A stretch of 63,489 nt of DNA, counting the filler, from Lenisia limosa (lineage: Eukaryota > Protista > Breviatea), in assembly GCA_001655205.1 (NCBI GenBank). It is 13 parts of 13 records of this genome, joined end to end, with 100 filler letters (N's around TTAATTAATTAA, not from the genome) between each part and the next. Parts side by side here need not be neighbours in the genome. Positions count along the whole stretch, not along the records: positions 6,626 to 23,236 come from LPNZ01002663.1; 12 more parts are not named here. The stretch is one strand, 5' to 3'. Position 1 is the first letter of the stretch. Every line of letters begins with the position of its first letter. The notes beneath the pieces were generated by a model, which was not told the DNA's origin, made no database searches, and was given only the letters and a program-made list of their open reading frames with translations. A program made the position numbers and the translations under genes. Below are positions 12,201-23,200 of the stretch, piece by piece.

Positions 12201-14258
12201 TTGGCTATGGCACGGCCCGCCAGCGACGCTGATGACGGCGTCTTTTCCTGGTGGGGGGGGGGTAAAACTGAAAAATGTTTGCATAAATCAACAACAACAA
12301 CAATAATAATAATTAGCAAAAAAAAAAACAATGTAATTAACTATCAGTTCTTAATTAGTTTTAGCTTTTCCTGTTTAATTTTCCTGTGGCATTCTGATGT
12401 TGACCTTGATCAAAACAAATGTACTGTATTCTTTGACTTTTTTTCAAAAATATGGCACACACACTCTTGTAAAAGCTGCACTGCATACCCGGGCCGTGCT
12501 CGATCCTGGCGTTCGAAGGGGCTCATCCACAACAGAAGGCGTGGATGCATTTGAAGAAAAGAGCGTGACATCCGAGGCCACTGAGCCCGGTGTGGTGATA
12601 GCCGCGCTTTGCGGCGTCGTACGGTCGACTATTTCCCTGTGTTGCTGGGGAGACTGCTGGTTCTCGGCTTGGGAGATTGGGGCGTTTTGTGGGGTGAAGA
12701 GCAGGCCCTAAAAAAAGTCAGGCATACTGGATAAGTGAAGGAAGAAGGGATTTAACGTTGCTTGGAAATCCGAAATAACATTCCTGCTCAGATGATTTCG
12801 ACAGTCAGCTGCCCTTAGATACGCTACCCCCCCCCCTACAGAAGGGTTGGACGAAATGGGAGTTACTGATGCTTCCAGGTGAGGCTACATGGTTATCAAC
12901 TGAACTGAACGTGGGGGTGGGCGGGTGGTAAGTAGAAGAAATTCATGTCACAAAAAACACACACAGGATCAACTCTGCAGGCTAGCATTTGGGAAGCACA
13001 AGGGTAAAAAAACAAACAAAAAAAAACAGAGTCAAGGCCAGTTACTTCAACAGCCCTACCTCCGGAAAAAAACACAAGATTCAAAAAATAGAATTTGGTT
13101 ACAACGTGCCCTACTTTACTTCTAATTACTTTTAAAAAAATATCAGAATTAATTGCGCACAGTCATATATGGAGATATAAAATAAATAGTATCTGCTGGA
13201 AGCCGTCCACATATTCACGCTTATATAAGAGACAGCTATAGTAAAATATTAATTCACACATTCATAGTAATAACGATTTGCCAACTAATTTGAGACGCTC
13301 TCCAGTATTAGGTGTCAGAGGTTCAATAAGCGTTGCATCCATGGGGGGTGGGTTCTCCTAGAGGGTGAAAATGGGTTGAAATAGTTTCCGTCTATATCAG
13401 TAGCAAAAGAAAGCCTAGTTTCTGTCATTAATAGTAGAAAAAGAAAGCCTAATTTCCTATTAAAGATTTCTTGACATTATTTATCCTTTTGGCACCATGT
13501 CCTCGTTTTACTCTTGCATGCATCGCCACCCTCCTGTCACCTATACTGATTTAATCATTCTCCTAGAATAATCCAACATTACTCCACTCTATTCCCCAAC
13601 CTTCATTGGCGAGATAGAGTGGTCGAAGTCCATAGAGTCCTCTTCAAACATCGCAAACAGATCAACTTGCTCCTATATGGAATAAATAAATGTGACAACT
13701 AACGCTATTTGAGATAAATCTAGTAAATATATGATAGTTAAGTATACAGGGGGCAGCTAACGTACATAAATATACATGAATATATATCATATATATCATC
13801 AATATATCATATAGATACACTCTGAAACAATGGAAAGCGGTAAAACCACACCTCCTAAAATGTCAACATAGGACCTCCCCACCTTCTTTGCAGTTTTCAA
13901 AGGACTCACTCGAGACGGCGGAGGCATGATATTGATCTGCTTTGCTGGTGGCACCCCGGAGTTACCCGGGTTTCCAGTGTTTCCCAGGTGTGTGTTGCAG
14001 ATGTTACCGGTATTATGAGGACTAAAACTGGGTCCGGGACCGGGGTTATGGAACTGATTCTGTCGGAATCCCGGGGCGGCATGGGGCATATTTCCGTGGC
14101 TCAGCGGTTGTGGCTGTAAATTGTTGTGATGATGGGGTGGAGGAGGAGGCATAATTCCATGGTTCTGGGTTGAATTGCCATGGCTCAGTGGGGTTGGAGT
14201 ATTGGAGTTGTTTTGATGATTGTTACCATGGTTTTGAGGGGGTGGAGGAGGAGGCCAT
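9242..14258 (-). CDS. Large, mostly low-complexity protein rich in SP/TP motifs; function unknown
   Basis: About 13 GC-richer exons with canonical boundaries, e.g. MASSSTPQNHG...PPPSRVSPLKTAKK, EQVDLFAMFEEDSMDFDHSISPMK, RTYPYLDNLQKATPGDSQLLAMWSDVLRH, and NIGQNMSP repeats. Confidence 0.6.
9917..9985 (-). repeat. 24-bp coding tandem repeat (NIGQNMSP x3)
   Basis: TGACATATTTTGCCCAATGTTTGG repeated within an exon. Confidence 0.8.
11740..11826. mobile_element. MITE family A (GGACTGTAGGGAAGC subfamily)
   Basis: Same core with variant TIR GTCTTTTTCGGACTGTAGGGAAGC. Confidence 0.75.
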
Positions 14259-14875
14259 GTATAATAGTTTGGACGCGGCTGTTGAATCTGTGAGGAGGGG
14301 GGGGGGTAAAATTGGAAAATTAATGAGAAAAAAAAACCCCAAATCCATCACTCCAGGGGTAATAGGGTTATTCTTTTTAGTGATATGATCATCGCGGGAG
14401 GTCGGTAAAACCGGAAAAGCTATGAGAAATAAGCAAAATCAACTCTGTTGAGGAAAACACGATGGTTTAGAACAACAAAACAAACAAAGCCAGTATTGTG
14501 GAGGGGGGGGGGTTGAAGCTACGAAAAAAAAACGTTTCAAGAAAATTCTGTATTTTTCCATGAAAACCACTGGAAAAGTGGAAAAACATCATTTCCAATC
14601 CAATTCCCCCTCGGTTTTTCCCTCGTGGATGTCTTCCTTTTGTTACTCTGAGTTTTTTTGTTGAGGAAAACACTCGTTTGCTTGGCAAACTCGTGTTTTC
14701 CGGCCAGAAAACTAGTTGTAAAAAATCAGAAAACCACTCCCAGGAAAAAAAAACTCGGGGTTTTCTTGAGAAAAATTACGAAAAATGATTAAACCCTGTT
14801 CACTTAACAACTTTGATTTGATTTATGAAGAAAAAAAAAAACGATCAAATGTTGAGGAATGCTTGACTAAAGGCA

Positions 14876-14885
14876 CGCGCCAAAA
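14876..14885 (-). promoter_or_regulatory. E2F-like site TTTTGGCGCG
   Basis: Exact match to the TTTSSCGC consensus about 620 bp upstream of the SP/TP-rich gene. A single site, so it could be chance. Confidence 0.3.
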
Positions 14886-15070
14886 TNNNNNNNNNNNNNN
14901 NNNNNNNNNNNNNNNNNNNNNNNNNNNNNNNNNNNNNNNNNNNNNNNNNNNNNTTTTTGGCTAAATGAATTGTGGCAAAGTCTCTCGGTCTTTGGGCGTT
15001 ACGAGCCGCAATGTTAAAAAGAGGCCTAAATAATTAGCTGCAGAATAGGTAGCTGAAGAGGATCGCGAGA

Positions 15071-15358
15071 TTAGAGGGATAGAAGGGAATTGGCCAGTAA
15101 CAACAGCTGCAGCCAAATGCCCTCCCACTTGTCCAATCCTGAGTTGACACGGGCCTGAGAAAGGATACGGAACTGTCGTGCCTTCTCTGTGTCCATGAAT
15201 GCGAGACCAGAACCGACAGTCTTCATTGTATCTTGTTCTTGCAGAAGTTTTTCAATAACCTCATCTCTATTATTACGTATTCGCTCCATTTTGTCCATAT
15301 TGAAGCGAAATCGCGATTTTAGTGAAACTAGTTTTATAGAATCCATCCGCGATATCTC
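15071..15358 (-). CDS. Possible small coiled-coil protein exon/ORF
   Basis: 91-aa ORF preceded by a plausible acceptor (actaaattag). Strand is ambiguous and no family was recognised. Confidence 0.3.
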   Translation of the reverse strand, partial: EISRMDSIKLVSLKSRFRFNMDKMERIRNNRDEVIEKLLQEQDTMKTVGSGLAFMDTEKARQFRILSQARVNSGLDKWEGIWLQLLLLANSLLSL

Positions 15359-15839
15359 TAATTTAGTGAAGGAAATGATATATCTTTCTTTATGATTAAA
15401 TCATTACTATCTTATTTATTTTGAAATATGACGGACTCTATTATTAAAAACTTATTAATTGAAGACGAAAACAACACTGAGGTATTTAGGGAACGATTAT
15501 TAAGATCACTCAAGCTGTCTTCTTTCTCATTTATTGTTTTATTATCATTAGTATACTATATTAATTATAATTCATATCTCAATAACGGATTACCTTCATC
15601 GTATTCGTCACAGATCTTTCACTCAAATCTCTTTGCTTGCCTTTAGCTACCTTTACTGTGTTTTCTAAAATAGATTTTGTATTAAAAAAAATTCATCTTT
15701 TAACTGCCAGGTTTCCACCAAGTGTGAAGCAGAAACCAGCACTCTTGGACACAGCGACTCTCAGAGCAAATCTATCAAAAGTACGACTTGTCAATTTATC
15801 ATTTATTCTTATTATCCAGCGCCATCACAACAGATTTCT

Positions 15840-16511
15840 ATGGCTGCTGATCTAGACGCTCTCGACGAACCCGATAGTGATCTGGAAATGTCACTGACCC
15901 CCAAAGTCGAACCAAAGAGTGACGATATCCAAGAAAGCGCACAAGAATCTGCACCTGACGCAGACGAAGTAAAACAGACCACCTGTGAAGAAGAGAGAAA
16001 CGAAGATGAGCAGAAAACTGAAGATACCAAAGAAGATAACTGCCGTGAAACTGAACCTGACAATGAAAACTGTGAAAATTCATCTCATTCCCAAAGCGAA
16101 CGAAGCTCCAAGAAGGTAGCGTCTGAAGTCTTCCCATCTTACGTTCACAAGCCCATTGCTGAGCCTGATTATAACTTCCCATCACCAACCAATAAACGTC
16201 CTGAAACAGCGCGCAGAACTGAAATGTACACTTATGAAGGATTCACAGACTACGTATTTGTCAAGAAGGCCAACAAGCGAATATTTGCTATTGAGCAAGA
16301 TGAAGACAGAAACGCTGAAGTAAGTAATTCAATTTTCATCGTCAAACTAACTCAACATCAGATTCGCACTCTTGGTCCTAAGACTACTGATAGCGGACAT
16401 GCCTGGAAGAAATTCAGACGGCCGCGCACCATTGCTCCCAAGACTCCCGTTCTTCGAGCACCTAGAAGGAATGTGTCTGACTATGAGGATGGCAACTGGT
16501 ACTGCGAATAA
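15840..16511 (+). CDS. 223-aa ORF with acidic N-terminal half and basic C-terminus; probable in-frame upstream exon about 15714-15781
   Basis: Longest uninterrupted ORF in the window, with coding-like composition. The upstream exon splices in frame (SKSIK-T-PSQQISM). Confidence 0.65.
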   Translation: MAADLDALDEPDSDLEMSLTPKVEPKSDDIQESAQESAPDADEVKQTTCEEERNEDEQKTEDTKEDNCRETEPDNENCENSSHSQSERSSKKVASEVFPSYVHKPIAEPDYNFPSPTNKRPETARRTEMYTYEGFTDYVFVKKANKRIFAIEQDEDRNAEVSNSIFIVKLTQHQIRTLGPKTTDSGHAWKKFRRPRTIAPKTPVLRAPRRNVSDYEDGNWYCE

Positions 16512-16708
16512 GCCTCCCGGTTTGAATAACATTGGTTGTATAGTAGTTTAGGAAATGTATTACTTTTTGACACCTATTGGGGTTGAAGCAATAACCAAAA
16601 TAAATATTACATACAAACAACACAACTTAGTCTTTAACAATATTTAGTTACAGGAAAGCGTGTAACTCAGTTTTGTACCACAAAATTCAAATAGAGGAAA
16701 TAAGACAC

Positions 16709-19460
16709 TCATGTTTTGGGGTAGAAGTTAACAAATGGTGCAGCTTGGAATTTGACAACTTCGTTACCCCATGAGCTGTTAATAATTAGTATAAATGTAA
16801 AATCAGCAGAAACTCAAATATCATCAGATAAAATGAATAAAAATGTCACAAAAAGACAGTAATTATAAAGATGATAACAAACCCACATCCAGTTTGGCCG
16901 AAGGGTTCGGGCAAAAAACTCTACTCCGAGTTTTGGAGTGATTATATCAGAAAACATACCTAAATTAATTATTGGATTTGAGTATTCTATTCAAACAAAA
17001 AAAGAACATGAGAGTAGATATGATTGTCACTAAACACAATATATGTTTTACAGTATAACAAACAGTATATAACAACCACTCTCTCCCAATACTACTGTTA
17101 AAAAGCATTAACTATTAGAAAAAACAGCAAATCTACTTTTATCTATATGTCACATGACCACAATAGCAACGGACCTTCAATATTTGGCTTCCTGGAGTGG
17201 CACAAAGGTGGACACTTCACCGTTCTTGAGGTAACGCCTTGAGGCGGATTTGGTCCATACCAGCACACCAATATCGGCTCAAAAGGCCGACGGTACGTAG
17301 AATCTAGCGGACCAACTAACGAGGAACCATCTAGTGATGTCTAAGATATTAGGGTATTATTAAGTCGTTTATGCAATATTAAAAACACGGTCGTATTAGA
17401 ATAAATAATATAATAGTATTATATGGCTACTTGATGTAATTGTGCCTTGATAGAGAAAAATAGTATTTATCAATAATATTGAATATATGACTAAAGATCT
17501 ACTTCCCCTTAGAAAACAATATAATAAAATTCAGAATTTTCTGAATCATAAAAAAGCCTTACCCACACAAAACATCAATAGCACCTTCTTATCATCAACA
17601 TGAATGACCAAATTCCTAGACAACCATGCTACTCACCTTCATCCAATAGCTTGTAGATAGATATGTCAATCCCCAGGCTGGCAGCAGCTTTTGGTGAGCT
17701 GCAAGATGGTGTTTTTCCTTGAAGATTACAAATTATCACAAAGATCACATAAATGTAGCTATAACTCAATGATATTCCGGTAACACCCTCATACATTGTT
17801 GGTAATCCAAACTAAAACTAAAGAATCGTCTTGTAGGCACTGGGACACGGGTAAACTAAGTATCATTAATTCTGGAATCGGTAACGAATGATACCCTTAG
17901 GACTTGATATCTTTGTTATTAAAAATGACCGATACTTTCGTGGAGTTATCAAGAAATTCAAAATGATAAAAGGAAAACGAATACTATGATATACCTTTCA
18001 AATAGAGAATTATCTTGAACTGAATACTTACTTCCTCTTTCAACACTTTTGTTCTCCCATCTACTGAGTAAAAAAAGAAACAATCACAGTTATAATTAAT
18101 TGTTTGGAATGAAAAACAGTAAGAAGAACTGAATCATGATAAGGTTGTACTCAATAGACACCGGTTTATTTAAGATCCAAATGTTTATACAATTTGACAT
18201 GCTTACATTATTCAAACCTACGGGGGGTCAATGACAGCAATATTCGCTTTCCGGTCACAAAGCTTGATAACCTTGTCAAAATGATCCGTGGTTCCCTTGG
18301 TTAGTTAGTGGGAGATGGGTTTAACACGGGAATAATTCAAATCAAAATCACAAAAGATTATCAATTATTGTTCTGGGGTTTAGGTTTTTTGAAGAAATCC
18401 CACACAAAAGATGTTACAATACCACGAATATCAAATGTGATTGGTAGTTATTTCGATTCATTTGAGTAATGTCATTAAAACTAGTACAGCTATAATTCAC
18501 TTTTAAGCTATCACCTCCTAAGGCTTAACTTCGGTTCGACTAAATTCGATAAATCCTCGAAAACTATCGATATTTTACCGGCATTTTTCGAACCGAAGTG
18601 AAGCCCTAGCCCCCACCCCACCAAAACAAATCCTGCATTCTCAGGAATATACACCATATGATTGCCAATAGTCTTGACTCGTTCGTGGTTAACAGGTGAT
18701 TCAGTAACACCAGAGGCCAATTCTGCCCATTCAACCTGTGATATGAAGCAAGTACATCAGAGAGGATAACTAGTGATTCTTTGCGTTTCCAAATGGCGGA
18801 CAAAAATATCGATATTTATTGAAGCTATATCGAGACATTCAGTCTTTTAGAACGGAAGGTGAAGCTCTATGATGAACCACAATAAATCCATCATTCAAAT
18901 TAATATTGAAGTTATATCATACTATATCTTATAAATGCGATGGACGGCCTCGAAAAGACACTGACATGGTAGATATCAAATCTCCACAATATTGTATCAT
19001 GCATACTGTGGAGTTGCTGTTATAGAAAAAGCAACGGGGTTCATAATCCAGAAGGGGAATACCTGGTCATTCAGAGTCCTAGGGTGCAGGTCATCATTAT
19101 CATTAATATCTCCATTTTGTTCTTTATCTTTCACGCCATCGTCGGGGGGGACAAAAGGAGAGTTCACAAAGGACTTGAGGGCTTCGTCTCGATCCTAATT
19201 AAAAATTAAATAATAACATGTCGTTCTTATAATACAAGTGAAAATCGGACAATATGCGGGGAGTATCAGCTAAGATCACATTAAAAGATAAAATCCTGTG
19301 AATACTTCACATCCCTGTGGAGTGTTATTATCCATTTTAACCATGAAATTTTCAAAAGAAAAAAAAACACTGAGACCCACGAGTCTAAACCGTCTGTCAT
19401 AAGCATTGCTGCATTCCATCATATGTTTGGTGGAAGATTGTTTACCAGCATCAGAGAGCC
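16709..19460 (-). CDS. METTL4: MT-A70 family N6-adenine methyltransferase, METTL4 clade
   Basis: Spliced: YIPENAGFVL / IAVIDPPWENKSVERGRYHSLPIPELMILSLPVSQCLQDDSLVLVWITNN / EKHHLAAHQKLLPAWGLTYLSTSYWMK / PLDSTYRRPFEPIL...HSRKP / VEFFARTLRPNWISWGNEVVKFQ, stop at 16709-16711. The DPPW motif is split by an intron. Start codon uncertain (about 19460 or about 19830). Confidence 0.92.
18519..18608. mobile_element. MITE family A in a METTL4 intron
   Basis: AAGGCTTAACTTCGGTTCGA...TTTTTCGAACCGAAGTGAAGCCCTA, lying 12 nt inside a 5' splice site. Confidence 0.85.
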
Positions 19461-20289
19461 ACCACATCTGGTTCAATTACAAAAACAATATTCGACTTGG
19501 GTAATAGTTAAACCATTTTTGCAAAAGGGGAAAGGGATGTGTAGAGTATTTAATGATTTAGTTCAATAAACGCACAATCAAATAATCCTTCTACACTGTG
19601 AGTATACGCCGTTTCACTATAGTATATGTAGGTATATCAAAGAAAAAGGGGATAAGAGAACGAAAAAAAAAGAAGCAGGGTTTAAAAACAATCAAGTACA
19701 CTTTTCCCCCTCCAACCAACAGTTCCCACACCTACCGCATCTTTGACCGTTGTTTGCCGTTTGCCAAATTTGAAGGACTTTTGTTGGACCTGTTTGCGCT
19801 TGGCTCGAAAAGGGAGCGTCTTCTCCATCACCGTCAACAAGTCGTAAAATGGAAAGGTGGTGTAGCTTAAGGCGATACTTGATACGTTCCTGTTGGAAAC
19901 GGCGCTGTACTTATGGGAACGGGAGGGTCTCAGCAGGGTTAGTGTGTTGTTCGTGTTCTCCCCAACCAATCCTCTCTCTATTTCTCTGCGTGTGTGTTTG
20001 GTTTTTGCAGGGAGCAGGGATTGGCCGGGTGTTGGGTGGTGGGCCGGCAAGCGCAGGGATTGACAGTTAAGGGTTATATATGCCCCAGTTCCACTTACTA
20101 TATATTCGCAAGTTTCCAATCAATCCAGGTTGAATCCAGGTCCAGGTCAAACACAAGGTCAACAACAATACAACAGGTCAATTATTAGAAACACATTTTC
20201 ACATCGTATACACGCAGAAGAACTCGGTTGAACTCAGACTTGAAGATCTAGCCCCACGCTCAGCTTCTTTCTACAAGTGGAAACACACA

Positions 20290-23200
20290 ATGGCTCGTAC
20301 TAAAATGATTGCAAGGAAGGTAGAAAGGGGACAAACTCATCCTTAGATGGTGTAATGATCTTCTAACCTCCCAGAGCATCTCTGGTGCTACTCCTGCAAA
20401 TCGCTCCTCTGACGCACCCGCTCCTGTCAGGCTCTCACGTGCCGATAGAGCCAAGATGGCGACTGTCCAAACGGCCTCGGTTGGTGATGATCTTGTTGGA
20501 ATATCATTTTCCCCGAAATTAAGCCGTTTTTTTGAGGTGTTTGTTTTGGTTTTTTTTTTTTTGATTTGTTTTCTTCACTACTATGTAAGGCCTGTTTGTT
20601 TATTTTTGTTGTTGTTGTTTTCAATATATTATATTTTTACTGTTTCAATGGACCACCAGGATTGTGGTTAACTTTTAGGGGTTTCTCTAGTTTCATTTCA
20701 CGCTGATTTTGGGACATTTATTGATAACTCTTGTGTTTATTTGCGATAATTATGACAGAAACATATCTATCGACATACTATCTAAAACTTATTTGATAAG
20801 TAGCTTTAACAATGACAGTTTCCAAAGGAATATTATTCCTCTCTTTGCGTTCTTAATATTTTTTTTTTTTTTNNNNNNNNNNNNNNNNNNNNNNNNNNNN
20901 NNNNNNNNNNNNNNNNNNNNNNNNNNNNNNNNNNNNNNNNNNNNNNNNNNCAGATCTCCTTCACCTTCACCTCCCCCTCAAATTTCTCGTGGTTTAGGAA
21001 AAAGGGTGGGTGGATGTTTTGGTACATATTTCTAACATAATGGTAAATGTTCTTTAACGATTCCTGACTCTCCTTAAAATCTACTATTTATGTTAAGATA
21101 TAGTGTCTGGTCTTATCACGGTCGTATCAACATATACTATATATGTATAAATATACATGTTTTTCCAATATTTCTATCGATATTATGTCAGGGTATTTTA
21201 TGAAAGATATATTTCTTAACCAGTAAATAATGTTATTTTTTTATTTTTTATTTTTTTTTTCATTATTGTCCGTTTTATACCCCAGCGAATCCTTGCTGCT
21301 ACCCCTGTTGCCGCAGCCGTACCCGTTAGTTCTAGCTCGGGCAAGAGACTCACAAGAGCCCAGCGTAGCCAAATGGTTTGGAGCTTGGTGAATATCCACC
21401 CCTACTGAATAGTATTCTTAATATTAATACAATGAATATAGGAATATTGCTTTGGGCTTAATTAGAGTATTTTGAAAGAACCAAATATTGTTTGGAATCA
21501 AGGATATTAGAACTTTTATCAAAATCTAGAGATACAAATAAAAAATATAGGGATGCCAATAAATATTATCACCTCAGATTGTGTTTCGCATTCTTTCAAT
21601 TTAGACTAAATACCTGATATCAGTGCTATTCTGCAACTTTCAATCGTATCACTTGCTGGATCCATTTTCACATTTCCACGCCGTGACACCAGGGATGAAC
21701 CCTCATTTAAATGCGTTTCATCATTTCGTCTCAAAATTCGCTCATGAGTCAACCCACACACATTCCGACGTTTTAGGCTCAGACCGCTGCTGCCGGCCCA
21801 GCTTCAGATGATGACAAACAGGTCTGATTGGATTTGTAATTGGTTTTGTTTGGATTGTGATTTGTATTGATTAAGATTCAAGACGCTGGGGTGATGGAAT
21901 GCGTTAGTTCAGAAGCGTCTGGCCATGGTCTTTCTTTGTTTTGCTTCTCGCATGTGTTGTTAGTCAGCAGAGTGGTTTATGGCGTTTTTGTCTCTTAAAT
22001 GTACTAATTGCCCCCAGGATGCTGTCCAAGCCAGTCAGTCGGACCAGGGCAGCAGCTCCAACAGTTCAAGTTCAGATTCATATTCCTCGGACGATTACGT
22101 AGGGGCTGGTTCTGGCACATTTACTAGAATATAGATTGCATATTCTTCTGGACAGTGACCGGATAAGTCCTGACTTATTTTTCTTGGGAAATCACATAGA
22201 CAATCGGTCAAGACTTGTCCCGGTCACTGGACGGAAATGAAATGAGGGGAATCATAACCTATAAATCTGCCTATATTTAGAGATGGGAACTGTGTGCCAC
22301 AGCTTTATATGAGCCTTTTAGTGCATGCATGTTGGAATGCTGGTGCAGAGAATGCATTTTAACTTGTTAGGACGTTGACAGTGATAGCGATAACAAACGT
22401 AGCCCCACTCCCCCTCCTGTGAGTTCATTTTTTGGGCGCCAGACTCTGTATAAGTACAAGACCTGACATGAATATGATCATGGTATTTGAAAGCCAAAAT
22501 TTTGATCCCCTTACTTCGCCCATCAGATTTTATGAATACATGTAGTCGTATGTTATGCTATGTAGTTATAAACTATATTGGCCACAAATTGTAGTTCTGA
22601 TACAGATATCGAGTTTTATCTTGAGTCAATGGCAGGCCTTATCGAGATCACTGTATATTTTGTGTAATAATACCGATACTGGAAATGCACGTGTCAATGT
22701 AGGGCGTTAACTTAACAGTAGTCTTTTTTTCTTTTCTTTTCTTTTTGTCTCATTGTTTAGATCATCACCAGGGTAAGCTTGACCGCTGATATTTGTAAGG
22801 GCTTTAGTCGTTCCTAAAAGAGACTGATATTCTTAATAATACTCATTACATACTCAACAAATACTCTCTAAATACTCTATAAATTCGATGGTTGTTTGTT
22901 TTTGTAAACATGATATGGTGGGTAATTTTTGGCATAATGTTGCTTGTATTTTACAGTTCAACCCTCCCCCCACAACCCTTGTGTGAACAGAGTTGATTCT
23001 GGGTTTTTCGTTTATAAGTTTTCAATATCCCCCCACCCCCCAGCCCAAGTTTGTTTTCTCTAAACATCCCCAGCTTCCCAAAGCGCAACCACTCCCAGCC
23101 GCTGCGTCAAAGGTATGAGCTGGAAGACAGTGATATTGCTATTTCTGATGTTATTTTTTGAAAAAAAGTTTCCCCTTTTCCTTTTTTTTTCCTTTTTTTT

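Noticed and set aside
19682-20119. 145-aa minus-strand ORF as an independent gene
   Set aside because: No recognisable domain. Part may be a METTL4 5' exon (MEKTLPF...VKDA followed by GTAGG) and the rest looks like promoter or UTR.
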